Assembly: GCA_043228905.1 (NCBI GenBank)
Contig: JBHGNT010000004.1
Location: 17,608,001 to 17,672,000 of the forward strand
Direction: 5' to 3'
DNA: 64,000 bases
Origin: Azolla caroliniana
Lineage: Eukaryota; Plantae; Polypodiophyta
The translations under genes and the position numbers were made by a program. Each line of letters starts with the position of its first letter. Position 1 is the stretch's first letter. Of the stretch, positions 14,008 to 26,036 are shown in pieces. Under the pieces are notes generated by a model. It ran no database searches. It saw only the letters and a list, made by a program, of their open reading frames with translations, and was not told the origin of the DNA.

Positions 14008-14976
14008 AAAGCCATGAGAACTCAAGTTTTGTAGGTGAAGCATTTCTAGATCCAAGATGGAGAACTCAAGTTTTGCAGGTGAAGGATTTCTAGACCCAAG
14101 GTGGAAAGAAGTTATGGATACAGAGGCTAGATTCAATTTTTCATTAAGGTTCAAATGTCCCACATTGCTACTGGAGAGTTACCATGAGTTCCCCGTTCTT
14201 CCCTACCCATTTGAGATATCTTGTCCTACAGATGTTTATGAATGGAGATGTCAACAATGAAAGACCCAAATATTGATAGCTTTTGTATCTAGTTTCGGCA
14301 AATGGTTATTCATAATGTGGTGGTGCACCTTTGGAACCACAAAATAATACTCGTACCTCTTGAACGCGAATAATAGTGGATGAAGATGAGGTTACAACCA
14401 CCGAGAAGTGGAAACTAGGATGTCATAATAGACTAAAAGATTGTATTATTAAGTCTCTAATGAGGTTGTAAGGGTGTGGTGTGCGTATAGTCGGTGAGTC
14501 ATAAAGTACTCATCCAAATAGTAGAAAAAGGTAGAGGTCTCCCACAATTTATCACAAACTTTTTCCTTTTTTATTTTATTTTTATTACTGGACCAATGTT
14601 CCCTGCTCTCTTGCCTTCCGTGCATAAAAACTTCATAGTAGCTTTCGATTAATTCATGCACACTATTGCTATTGAGTTTGCTCTTAATAAGTAAATGGCT
14701 TCACAATTTTGGAAACGCAATCCATAGCATGAAAATTTGCCTACAATAATAGCATTTAGGTGCCCCATTTGAAAAAGCAATGGCCAATATAGTGCATAGT
14801 ACAACCACAAGAAAACCAACATTTTCTTTCTTGATGCAAAAGCAGCAGCAAAAGACTTAAAAGCAGATCAATCACATTATTGTTTTTTTGTTTTGTTTTG
14901 TTTTTATTTCATTTCATTTGGGGGGATTGAACCAAGCAGAATTGCCCGGATTGAACCAGGCAGAATTAAGCAGTAG

Positions 14977-15864
14977 CTATGTTGATGATACAGCCCTCTT
15001 TCTCATGAAATTGATGGAGAAATCAATGATCTTCTGCGGTTCGGGTAGAACGGAGGCGACCGATGATTTCCTGAAAGCATCGAGCCAAGCATGGAGGTGA
15101 GGGTACTTCTCCTGGAATGGGAACTTAAAGCCTTCTGTCGCAGCTTCCATGGCCGGGTACCAACAGACGAAGGGAGCAAACACTATGTCCACGAACCCCA
15201 TCTTCTCTCCTCCGAAGAATGGAAAACCTCCTGATACCTTCCCCAATGCTTCATCCAACGTCTCGAAACAAGCCAATGCATTCTCTATGGCCGCCGCCTG
15301 TTGTGCTTCTTCACCGTGTGACTTCAGGATCCCAAATAGTCCTTCGAATATCTGTAACCAGGAAGCATCCAGAGAGATTCATCATGAGCTCTAGCAAAAG
15401 CAAATCTAGTGAGATTTTCAACAAGAACGGTCTCGTTCTGACAATGAATCATCAAACATTTCAGTAAATCTAGCGAGTCTAGATGAAGACAAGTTTTGGT
15501 GTTACAGAAGGTTATTGTGCTTAACCTTCTTGTCCACGAAATCGGCCCAGAATCGGGCGGTCGCCCGGCCATAAGGATCTTCCGGGAGAAACTGATGATG
15601 ATGGTGGTCATGGAAAGCTTCGTCGATGTATTGAATGATGATGGAGGACTCACAGATGGCTCTGTCGCCATGGAGGAGCACAGGGATCTTCTTGTAAACA
15701 GGGTTGGAAGCCAACAAGAGGGGGCTCTTCTGAGACAAATCCTGTGGGAGCTTCTCATACTCGATGCCTTTCAGAGCTAAGGCGATTTGCACCCTCTGAG
15801 CGAAAGGGCTAGCCCAGACGTACAGCAATTGGAGCTTGTGCGTTTCCTGGTTCCTCCCCGCCAT
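14977..15864 (-). CDS. Tau-class glutathione S-transferase, copy 3 (exons 15864-15526, 15351-14977)
   Basis: MAGRNQ...WASPF...RFWADFVDKK|gt...ttacag|IFEGLFGILKSHGEE...CFETLDEAL...PFFGGEKMGFVDI...EKYPHLHAW. Confidence 0.95.
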
Positions 15865-15895
15865 GGCTAAACGAACACACAAATCTAATTCTGAT

Positions 15896-15899
<4 letters not shown>

Positions 15900-15934
<35 letters not shown>

Positions 15935-16051
15935 TAGTAATCCTGTACATACATACATATGTATATATATGTGTGTGTGATATTCACACGATTTCTGAGA
16001 GCTTGATGAGGCAGACCATCTTTTTCTGTTTTGTTTTGGTTCATTATTCAT

Positions 16052-16102
<51 letters not shown>

Positions 16103-16125
16103 TTCATTTATTCATTATTCATTTA
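15900..16125. repeat. (TG)n and (TTTA)n microsatellites upstream of GST copy 3
   Basis: Directly visible simple repeats. Confidence 0.9.
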
Positions 16126-16452
16126 ATTTGTTTCCTAAGAATGGAGAAAGAAACTTGGTTCCCACGTAAAGAGACAAAAGAAAGAAGAAGAAGAAGAAAA
16201 GAGTGGGTTGAGAAAAAAGAGGTGAGAGTGTTTGTTGTGTCAGTCACATTACGCTTTTGACTTCTTCTATTCTTCAGCTTACCCAGAGTCCTAGTGCCAA
16301 CTCCCACTCCGCTCTAATGGAATTGGGCACCATTACAAATAGCTATTGGCCCCGCTTTCCACTCAAACTCAAACTCAACCTCACTCTTAACCCATGGTTT
16401 TAACGGTTTATCGCTTCCAATGCAATTAAATGGTTTGGTTTAGTTTGGTTGA

Positions 16453-16488
<36 letters not shown>

Positions 16489-16843
16489 TTCCCAAAAAGA
16501 TGTTCCTTTCCCATTAGTTAGGAGAGTTTTTTTTTACAGAAAAGGCTATACAATGTGGCCGCACACAACTCACAACAAATGTACTGATCGTGCCGTCCGC
16601 TAAAGACCCTACCTATACTGCTCAGTTACAAAGAGGCCACCACTGCCTTCGAAGGGGCCTTTCTGTGCCCATACGACTTTGTTCACCTCAGATATATATA
16701 TCGGGCTATCACCTCCCTTGCGAGTTCCAGGTTTTGGTTCTAAAACTTGGGTGGGTTTATCGGTTTAAGTGATTCGATTTAAGTGCCCAACCATCATAAA
16801 CTCTTGTGTACAACAATTCTTTCAACAATCCCTCCTTACCCGC

Positions 16844-17680
16844 TTATACAAATTCAACTTGGATTATGTCATATTATCCATGTGGATGCCATTATTATCT
16901 CATACCCAACATTGTTGCGATGTTACACACGCATGTGTAAAATGAGAGAGAACCATGAAGGACGTGAACTAGGAAAGATGGGTTTGACAGTTGCGTTGAT
17001 AATTTCAGAATCCCTTGTGATTGTATGTTTTGTAGTTGTTCTCAACTCTTTTATGATGTTCTAGTTATACTTTTGAAATGTATCTATGTGTGTGTTTGTG
17101 TTTATGTGTAAGTGCAAATGTACAAGTAAATGTGTGTTAGAGAGTATAAAGGGTATTTCGGTAACATGGAATGGTATTTTGAAAATGTGTAATGGCATAA
17201 TGGTATTTCAAGAAAGTGCAATGGCGAAGAGGTATTTTAAGAGCGTGTAATGGCAGAATGTTATACAAATTCAACTTGGATTATGTCATATTATCCACGT
17301 GGATGCCATTATTATCTCATACCCAACATTGTTGCGATGTTACACACGCATGTGTAAAATGAGAGAGAACCGTGAAGGACCTGAACTAGGAAAGATGGGT
17401 TTGACAATTGAGCTGATAATTTCAAAATCCCTCGTGATTGTCTATTTTGTAGTTGTTCTCAACTCTTTTATGATGTTCTAGTTATACTTTTGAAATGTAT
17501 CTATGTGTGTGTTTGTGTTTATGTGTAAGTGCAAATGTACAAGTAAATGTGTGTTAGCGAGTAGAAAGGGTATTTCGGGAACGTGGAATGGTATTTTGAA
17601 AATGTGTAATGGCATAATGGTATTTCGAGAAAGTGCAATGACAAAGAGGTATTTTAAGAGCGAGTAACGACAAAAGGTTA
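16844..17680. repeat. 417-bp direct tandem duplication with internal ~30-bp subrepeats
   Basis: ttatacaaattcaacttggattatgtcatattatcc at 16844 and 17261; subrepeat gtatttcgagaaagtgcaat recurs up to ~18340. Confidence 0.9.
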
Positions 17681-17793
17681 TATACGAGAAAGTGCAATGG
17701 CAAAAGGACATTTCGAGAAAGGGCTATAGCAAAAGGATATACCAAAAAAGTGGAATAAAGTAAGGATATTTCGAGAAAGCGCAATAGTACTAG

Positions 17794-18232
17794 TAACAAT
17801 CGGCAACGGTTCGGTTTGAGAGTGTCAAAACCGAACTGTTTAAAAGTTTTGAAACTTGAACCGAACCAAACTGAATCACAAAAGCGTTTAAACCGAAATC
17901 ATTTAAATTGGATCGTTAAACAAAATCCAAACCGTTAAAACCGCGGTTTCGTGGTTCGGTTTCAGTTTTTCAACTTAGGTCAAAATTCAAATTTTAGATT
18001 TTAGATTTTGGAAAATTTTCATTATTTTAAATTTTACTTTTTTAAAATTTTAAAGATTTTCCTAAAATGTTAGTATTAGGCTTTAAAATGAAAAGATTGT
18101 TTAAAAAAATAATTTAAGCGTTAAAATCGCGGTTTCTAACCATTGAAACCAAACCGTTCACCCCCAAACCGAACAGAACCGTTTAAGCCATTAAGTTTAG
18201 TTCGGTTCTAATCAAAATGTTGCCGATTGTTA
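17794..18232. mobile_element. hAT-type MITE, same family as 4332-4823 in opposite orientation
   Basis: TIRs taacaatcggcaac / gttgccgattgtta; 8-bp TSD agtactag/agtacaag (7/8 match). Confidence 0.8.
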
Positions 18233-20020
18233 AGTACAAGAGTAAATTCAGGAAAGTGGAATGGCCAAATGCACAATTCAACTAGAATGGCATAAGAGTA
18301 TTTCGAGAAAGTGCAATAGTAGTATATTCGGGAAAGTGCAACACAAAAGGTTCTTTATTCCCTCTTTTCTTATAGATGGAATTTTAGCTAACTCGACGTC
18401 CTAATGCACAATTCAACTATAGTTTCTCCAATGCAACTTTTCTCACAATTTAAATGCACATTTGAGAAGTCCCCTTGTCCTTGGAAACGTGAATGTCACC
18501 CAATTGGTGGGGCATCGAGTTCCCCGGAATTTGGTGTCATGTGTTTGACTCCCACCAATAAGTTTTTATTAGGAACTCTAACCTATGAACCGTAAATTCC
18601 GTTGTGGTTCTTACAAAATTATTTAAACGTTCGCACAAAGAACAACAACATGCTTTGGGACGAATTCTGGTTCTTGCAATTATACACATTTCATGCGTAG
18701 GTCAATGCTTCATGAATCAATTCTCGACTTTAGAAATTCTTGATAGAACTCGCTTAGTCATTAACAAACACATAAAATCAATATTTTCCCAAATACACAT
18801 ATTTAAGATAAGGAAATATAAGAATGGTTCTAACATGATATAATCAATGATAGAATTCTCAACCTTGCTTACCATTTGGAGCTATCCTAATCAAGGACAA
18901 GGTTCACTGGGTGTTAATTTTATCATAGTTAAAACACTAAGACATTAGAAACAAGTAATATGTCGCATTTTGAGAACTGTCGTAAAAAATGGCCACAAAA
19001 TAGGTTGATTCACATGCATAAAGGATTTTTAAAAATGGCCCAAAAATATATCGATTTGTAGCATGTCCAAAATTTTAGGTCTTTCCAAAAATGCCTAAAT
19101 AATAGACATGCCAAATTTACAAAATGACTACCACCTATATTTATACATAATTGCTAATTGACATTTTGATGTACAATACAATATTTATAGTTCATGTATC
19201 AGAACTATTGCTTTCCAAGTCTATGACATCATTTTCAAACCCATCCAATGAATTAGTAGCGCTTTGTGAGGTCTCATCCTCATCATCACTGGCAACTAAT
19301 GCATTATCTTCTTCCAATTGCCATCCAACCTCACCCTGGTTATGAGACATGCTTCTTGTTTCTCTCTATGTTGTATTTGGAGCCACATTTGGGATCTTCT
19401 CTTTTAGTATCTTGATTGTAGTTTGTCTTAGATGACATGTTTTTGTCAAAGAGAAGTCATACACTAATATGACAACATTATGCAAGAATTTGATTTTTCC
19501 ATACGGTATCGCAAGGGTTCTCTGAACACTGTTGTAGATGCTCTTAGTCGCATTAAAGAAGTTAACATGCTTAGCTTCACGGAAATAAAATCTGATCTTT
19601 TAGATCACCTTTGAGGGAAATACCTTGATGACAGTTATTTCTCAAACTACTGGACGAAAGCTGAATCTGGTTTAGATGTCGTTACTAGCACCCTACCCTC
19701 GAAGGCGACCTTTCACATTACAAATGGTTTGCTCTACCATACTGGAAAGGTCTGTGTTCTAGATTTACCAAATGTAAAATAGAAAATTCTTCATGAATGT
19801 GAAAGGAATACAACACACCATCTGCTGGTCATCCTGGAATACAACACACACTCGTTCTCATCTCGAGTACTTTTTTCTGGCCTAAGATGCGCTCTGACAT
19901 GCATAAATACGTAACTCAATGCTTACAATGTTAGATTAATAAGTCGGAACGACTTAAAGTTGTTGGTCTTTTACATCCCTTAGATATTCCCATTTGTCGA
20001 TAGATTTTATTGTTAGTTTA

Positions 20021-20408
20021 TGTCATGATATAACAAGACTCGAACCGATAACCTTATGTTATATGGGTCGAGCTCTTGACCATTACATTATTTATTGTAA
20101 TACGTAAGATATATTTTCATTTAAGTTTTACTATAGAAAATTATTGTATATTCCAGATTTCAATATCATGATGTGGCAAGACTCGAACTCATAACCTTAT
20201 ATTATATAGGTCAAGTTCTTGACCACTACATTATCTATTGTAATATGTAAGATATTATTTTCATTTAACTTTTACTATAGGACTATTCCTAAGAACACTA
20301 TAAAAAGAGGCACAAGGCATTATTTCGAACCAAATTGGTTCAACGCCAGTCTTAAGCCTCATAGCTATTTTGTACTTACTCTTCACATAATATATCATTT
20401 GTTATCAT

Positions 20409-20457
<49 letters not shown>

Positions 20458-20543
20458 GTCTTACGTAGTCCGTCCTCTTAGTACTAATAGTACTTCCCTT
20501 CTCTAGTACTAATTCTCTCTCTGTTTTAGTACTATTCTTGACA
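20021..20543 (+). repeat. 5' LTR of the nested chromovirus
   Basis: tgtcatgata...ttcttgaca; TATAAA at 20299; aligns with 25472-26036; internal ~145-bp tandem unit. Confidence 0.92.
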
Positions 20544-20667
20544 GTTTGAACCAATTTTCCCCTTTGGTCTTCTTTTCGGTTTCCTTCATCCTCTTACCCC
20601 TTTTTTCCAATTTTCCTCTCTAGTCTTTCTTTTGGTTTCCCTCATCCTCTTATCCTTTTTCTATACA

Positions 20668-23600
20668 ATGGCTTCTATTAGCGCCCAAGAATACCAATCC
20701 GTTTTTTCCGAGATACAGTGTCTAAAAGAAAATTGTGTTGCATTGGAACAAGAAAACCAATGATTGTTAGGGGATCTTCAACAAATTGCTTTAGAAAAAC
20801 AACAAACGCAACAACATGGGGGTTAGCGTTACGCGTACAACAACTCGAAGCAACATCGTAGCATTACAACAACAAGGATCAAGTCCCCAAGGACTTCATA
20901 AAGAGCCCAAGATTGGTCTTCCTATGAAATTTGATGGAAGGCGCCCACAATTCAGAGGATTCCTTGATTAGGTACGCTTAGTCATGCAAATGCATCCTTC
21001 CTGATACCCCACTTATGCATCCCGAGTAGGCCTAATAGGCACGTTGCTCAGTGGCTCAGCCTTGGCATGGTTCGCTCCGCTTTTGGAAAAACAATCTCCC
21101 TTGCTTAATAACTTTGAAGACTTTATTAGCGAGTGTGAAGCCTACTTTGGAGATACCGACAACATCAGGACGACGATCAACAAAATCCAACGATTGCGTC
21201 AAGGCGATCATCTAGCCTCTGCCTACGGGGTGGATTTCCGTCTACTCGCCTCAGATATCCCCTAGGATGATCAAGCACTAATGAAGCAGTTCCGCTACAG
21301 CCTGCGAAACAACATCAAAGATGTACTTTTAACCTTTCACAAAGAACCAAAATCTCTTACAGAGGCAATCAGTCGAGCAGTCCGATGCGACAACCGCCTT
21401 TTCAAACGACGTTCAGAACGTCAATTTCAAATGCCACGAACTAGGCCAGATCTCACATACGCCTCAGTCACAACTAAACCGGTTGCACGAGATGTATCTC
21501 AAGCAAATACTCTGACGCCGATGGAGATTGACACCATGCATCGACGTGGCCCGTTATCAGAAGAAGAAAAGCAACGACGATGTGCAAATCAATTATGTCT
21601 TTATTGCAGTGGACCAGGGCATATCGCCATCAACTGTCCACATAGGCCAAGAAGACAAGTAAATCAAATCGTAGCCTATACTAAACCCGAGTCAATTCCC
21701 TTAGGAGGGTCTGATAGTATTAATAGTACTAATAGCCCAAGTATCTCAAACAAATTTGAAATCCTTAGTCAATTAGAGGAAGAGCTAAACGACTAAGTCC
21801 ACCCAAAATAGGAGCCATTTGCTTGGACAACCCTAGATCTGTGCAGCCCATTAGTGGTTCCATTCCCTCTAAGCAAGTTAGCAATGTGTTCTTAGCCCAA
21901 GTCATGATTAGTACTAAAAGTACCGCTCCAGTACATGTCGTAGCACTTTTAGATTCCGGAGTCAATTCCTGTTTCATGGATCGGAATTTTGCCCAAGTTT
22001 CTTAGATATCCTTAAGAAAAATTCCTTGCCTCACATCTGTAGTAATCATTGATGGTCGTCCCATTGCTTCTGGGAATATCGTAGAAGAGTCAGAACCCAT
22101 TCCGGTTGTCCTAGATAGCTTTGCGTGTGTCGTATCATTTAATATAATTAGTAGTCCAGAGCATCCCATTGTCCTGGGATTACCTTGGTTTGAAGTACAT
22201 AATCCAGACATAGATTGGAGAACAAGAGAAGTCCGGTATCGACAACCCCAAGAATCTACTTATCGAGTTTCGACCATTTCGCTCCATCAATTACGCAAAG
22301 AAGGACGCAGGGAGTCAATGTTTCTATTTGCAATATCAATACATCCTTCCAGCACTATTAAAAAGGAATCCTTAGTTCAACTTCCCGCCAAAATATCATC
22401 CTTATGCTGATGTATTTGACAATGTCAGAACTGGTACTCTTCCTCATCATCGTCCCTATGATTGTCCCATCGATTTACAACTAGGAACAGAGCCACCGTG
22501 GGGACCAATTTACAACTTGTCACCAACCGAGTTGGAAGTCCTTCAAGGCTACATAGAAGAGAATTTGGCAAGCGGGTTTATTCGTCATTCAAAATCTCTG
22601 GCCGGTGCACCCATTTTCTTTGTCAAAAAGAAAGATGGATCCCTTCGTCTCGTCGTTGATTACCGCGGCTTGAATAAGGTCACCATTCGGAATAGGTATG
22701 CACTTCCCCTTATATCAAGTCTATTAGAACGTGTAAATGTTGCCAAGTTTTTTACAAAAATCGACTTACGAGGAGCATATAACCTCATGCGGATCCGACT
22801 AGGAGACAAATGGAAGACCGCTTTTCGCACCCAATATAGGCACTTCGAGTATACCGTTATGCCATTCGGTCTAACCAATGCGCCCGCAGTCTTCGAACAC
22901 ATGGCTAATGATATATTCAGAGATCTCTTGGATATCTGTTTGATCATCTATCTGGATGATCTATTGATTTATTCGAAGAACCAGGAAGAGCATGATTCTC
23001 ATGTACTAGTAGTACTAAAACGACTCTGAGAGCATGGTCTTTATGCCAAACTAGAAAAATGTAGCTTTGACTGTAAGCAAGTGGAATTTCTAGGCTACGT
23101 CATCTCCTCATAAGGCATCTCCATGGATCCAGCTAAAGTCCAAACTGTGCTAGAGTGGCAAACTCCACGTTCGTTACGAGATGTGCAATGTTTCTTAGGC
23201 TTTGCTAACTTCTACCACAAGTTTATACAAGATTACTCGAAGATTATTTTACCTCTCACACAAATTACCAAGAAGGGACAGTCATTTCTTTGGTCCAATG
23301 AAGAGGACATGGCTTTTATGCATCTTAAGAAAGCCTTTACATCAACTCCTATTCTAGCTCATGTGGATACAAACAAACCATTCATCATGGAGGCTGACGC
23401 ATCAGATTTCACCCTCAGTAGCATCCTTTCACAACAAGGAGATAAAGAAAAGTTACATCCTATGGCTTTCCACTCATGCAAATTTGATGCCACGGAAATT
23501 AACTACGAGATACATGACAAAGAGTTATTAGCCATCGTGGATTCATTTGTGCAATGGCGGCACTTCTTAGAGGGCTCTCCTCATCAGGTCATTGTCTTTA

Positions 23601-25287
23601 GTGATCACAAAAATCTTGCTTACTTCCAGAACACTCGTGTACTAAATCGACGGCAAGCTCAGTGAGCACAATTCCTCACGCGTTTTGACTTCAAAATCAC
23701 ATATCGGTCAGGGAAGCAGCAAGGAAAAGCAGATGCACTATCGCGACATTCATATCTTGCACCTCATCTGCGTGATCCAACATTTGATTGGGACCAACAC
23801 ATTTGCACACAACACATTTTTTCACACTCCACTAGATTCCCGGATTATCGAGGCTATACGTGCCAACTTGAAGACAGATAGTTTTGCTCAAGCCATTCTA
23901 GCGCAAATTGATGCCTCTTGGGCATCCTGTTCCTAGTCTCAACAATCAGCTATGGACTACCGACAATTTGAATATCATGATGGTTTATTATTCTTTAAAA
24001 AGCTCGTGTATGTTCCCGATTGCTCCTGTCGCCTTCAAATCGTCCAAAATTGTCACGACACCCATACAGCTGGACATTTCGGTAGTACTAAGACGTTGGA
24101 TCTAGTTCGACGATCCTTTTGGTGGCCCCATATGCGACGTTTTGTCGATGACTATGTTCGAACCTGTGATGCTTGTTGCCGAGCAAAGATGCCATGACAT
24201 CATCCATATGGCTTGTTGGAATCCTTAACAATTCCAAGTAAGCCGTGGCAGTCCATTTGTCTTGATTTTATCACAGATCTTCCAGTCTCAAAGGATTTCG
24301 ATGCTATCTTAACCGTCGTCGATCGATATACTAAGATGGCACATTTTGTGCCTTGTACTAAGGCCATCACTAGTGAGGAAACCGCAACCCTTGTCATGCG
24401 TGAGGTATTTCGGCATCATGGCCTCCCAAATAGTATCATCAGTGATCGAGGACCTCAATTTGTCTCCAAATTTTGTAAGCATCTCTTCAAGATGCTCAAG
24501 GTCTCTTGCAACCTCTCTTTTGGCTACCATCCCTAAACCGATGGGCAAGTGAAACGAACAAATCAAACGCTGGAACAATATCAAGTTCGGTGTTTTCTGA
24601 GTTATCAACAGGACGATTGGGTTGATATTCTCTACTTTGCAGAGTTTGCATATAACAACGCTATTCACTCCTTGACTCGGGTCTCGTCATTTTACACTTA
24701 TACCGGTTCTCATCATCGTTGGTCTGTGATCAACACTACGGAGCTACCTACCAATCCTCGTGCCGAGGATCATCTGGAGAGGCTACGCAAGATTCAAATG
24801 GATCTATCTACTCATCGTCGTCATGCTCAACACACTCAGAAGACTTATGCAAATCGTCATCGGCTTCCCTCCTCTTTTGCCATCAGAGATCAAGTATGGC
24901 TCTTACGTCGTCACATCAAGACAAATCGACCATGCGACTAATTGGATTATCGACGACTCGGTCCTTTCCGTATTACTAGCAGAATTAATGATGTCATGTT
25001 CCGCTTTGGATCTTCCTCTGCACCTTCAGATACATCCGGTCTTCCATAGTTCTCTTCTCAAACCTTATCAGGCCAACACTATTGCCGATCGTGTTACACG
25101 ACTGCCACCCCCGCTTGAGTTGGACACCAGCCCGGAGTATGAAGTTGATGTCATCCTCAACTCCAAGTTTGTTTGCAACAAACTTTATTATTTGGTCGAT
25201 TGGCTTGGTTATAGTCCGAGCGAACATACTTGGGAACCCGTCGAGCATGTCACCAATGCTCAGGATCTTCTTGTTGATTTCCATTGA
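20668..25287 (+). pseudogene. gag-pol of the nested chromovirus (disrupted)
   Basis: ORF fragments 21044-21796 (gag), 21823-22005 (protease), 22517-23029 (RT), 23123-23665 (RNase H), 23952-24941 (integrase), ~25000-25287 (chromodomain EYEVDVIL..YYLVDWLGY..TWEP). Confidence 0.92.
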
Positions 25288-25471
25288 AACAAACTTTATT
25301 ATTTGGTCGATTGGCTCGGCTATAGTCCGAGCGAACATACTTGGGAACCCGTCGAGCATGTCACCAATGCTCAGGATCTTCTTGTTGATTTCCACTGAAA
25401 GTATTCGGACAAAACCCGGTCCATAATCAGCGTCGACTCGTGACACTCGTCGTCTTAAGGGGGGGGGATAG

Positions 25472-26036
25472 TGTCATGATATGGCAAGACTCGAACCCAT
25501 AACCTTATGTTATATGGGTCGAGGTCTTGACCATTACATTATCTATTGTAATACGTAGGATATTATTTTCATTTAAGTTTTACTATAGAAAATTATTGTA
25601 TATTCCAAATTTCAGTGTTATGATATGGCAAGACTCGAACCCATAGCCTTACGTTATATGCGTCGAGCTCTTGACCATTACATTATCTATTATAATACGT
25701 AGGATATTATTTTCAATTATGTTTTACTATAAAAAATTATTGTATATTCCAGATTTCTCTAGAACATTCTAGAAGCTTCAGGACTATTCCTGTGAACTCT
25801 ATAAAAAGAGGCACAAGGCATTATTTTGAACCAAATTGGTTCAACGCCAGTCTTAAGTCTCATAGCTATTTTGTACTTACTCTTCACATAATATATCATC
25901 TGTTATCATTATCCTCTCTCTCTCTCGCCTTCGTTATCTCTCTCTCGTGAGTCTTACGTAGTCTGTCCTCTTAGTACTAATAGTACTTCCCTTCTCTAGT
26001 ACTAATTCTCTCTCTGTTTTAGTACTATTCTTGATA
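25472..26036 (+). repeat. 3' LTR of the nested chromovirus
   Basis: Follows the PPT; tgtcatgata...ttcttgata followed by TSD gttta. Confidence 0.92.

Larger units (their letters stand above)
20021..26036 (+). mobile_element. Full-length degenerate chromovirus (Tcn1/Tf1/sushi-like) LTR retrotransposon
   Basis: Two LTRs; TSD gttta (20016-20020 and 26037-26041); gag from ATG 20668 with CLYCSGPGHIAINC knuckle; protease LLDSG; RT YLDD; RNase H EADAS; integrase; chromodomain; G-rich PPT at 25457-25471; many stop codons. Confidence 0.95.

Noticed and set aside
15904-16260. 118-aa ORF with CV and FIYL repeats
   Set aside because: Microsatellite translation
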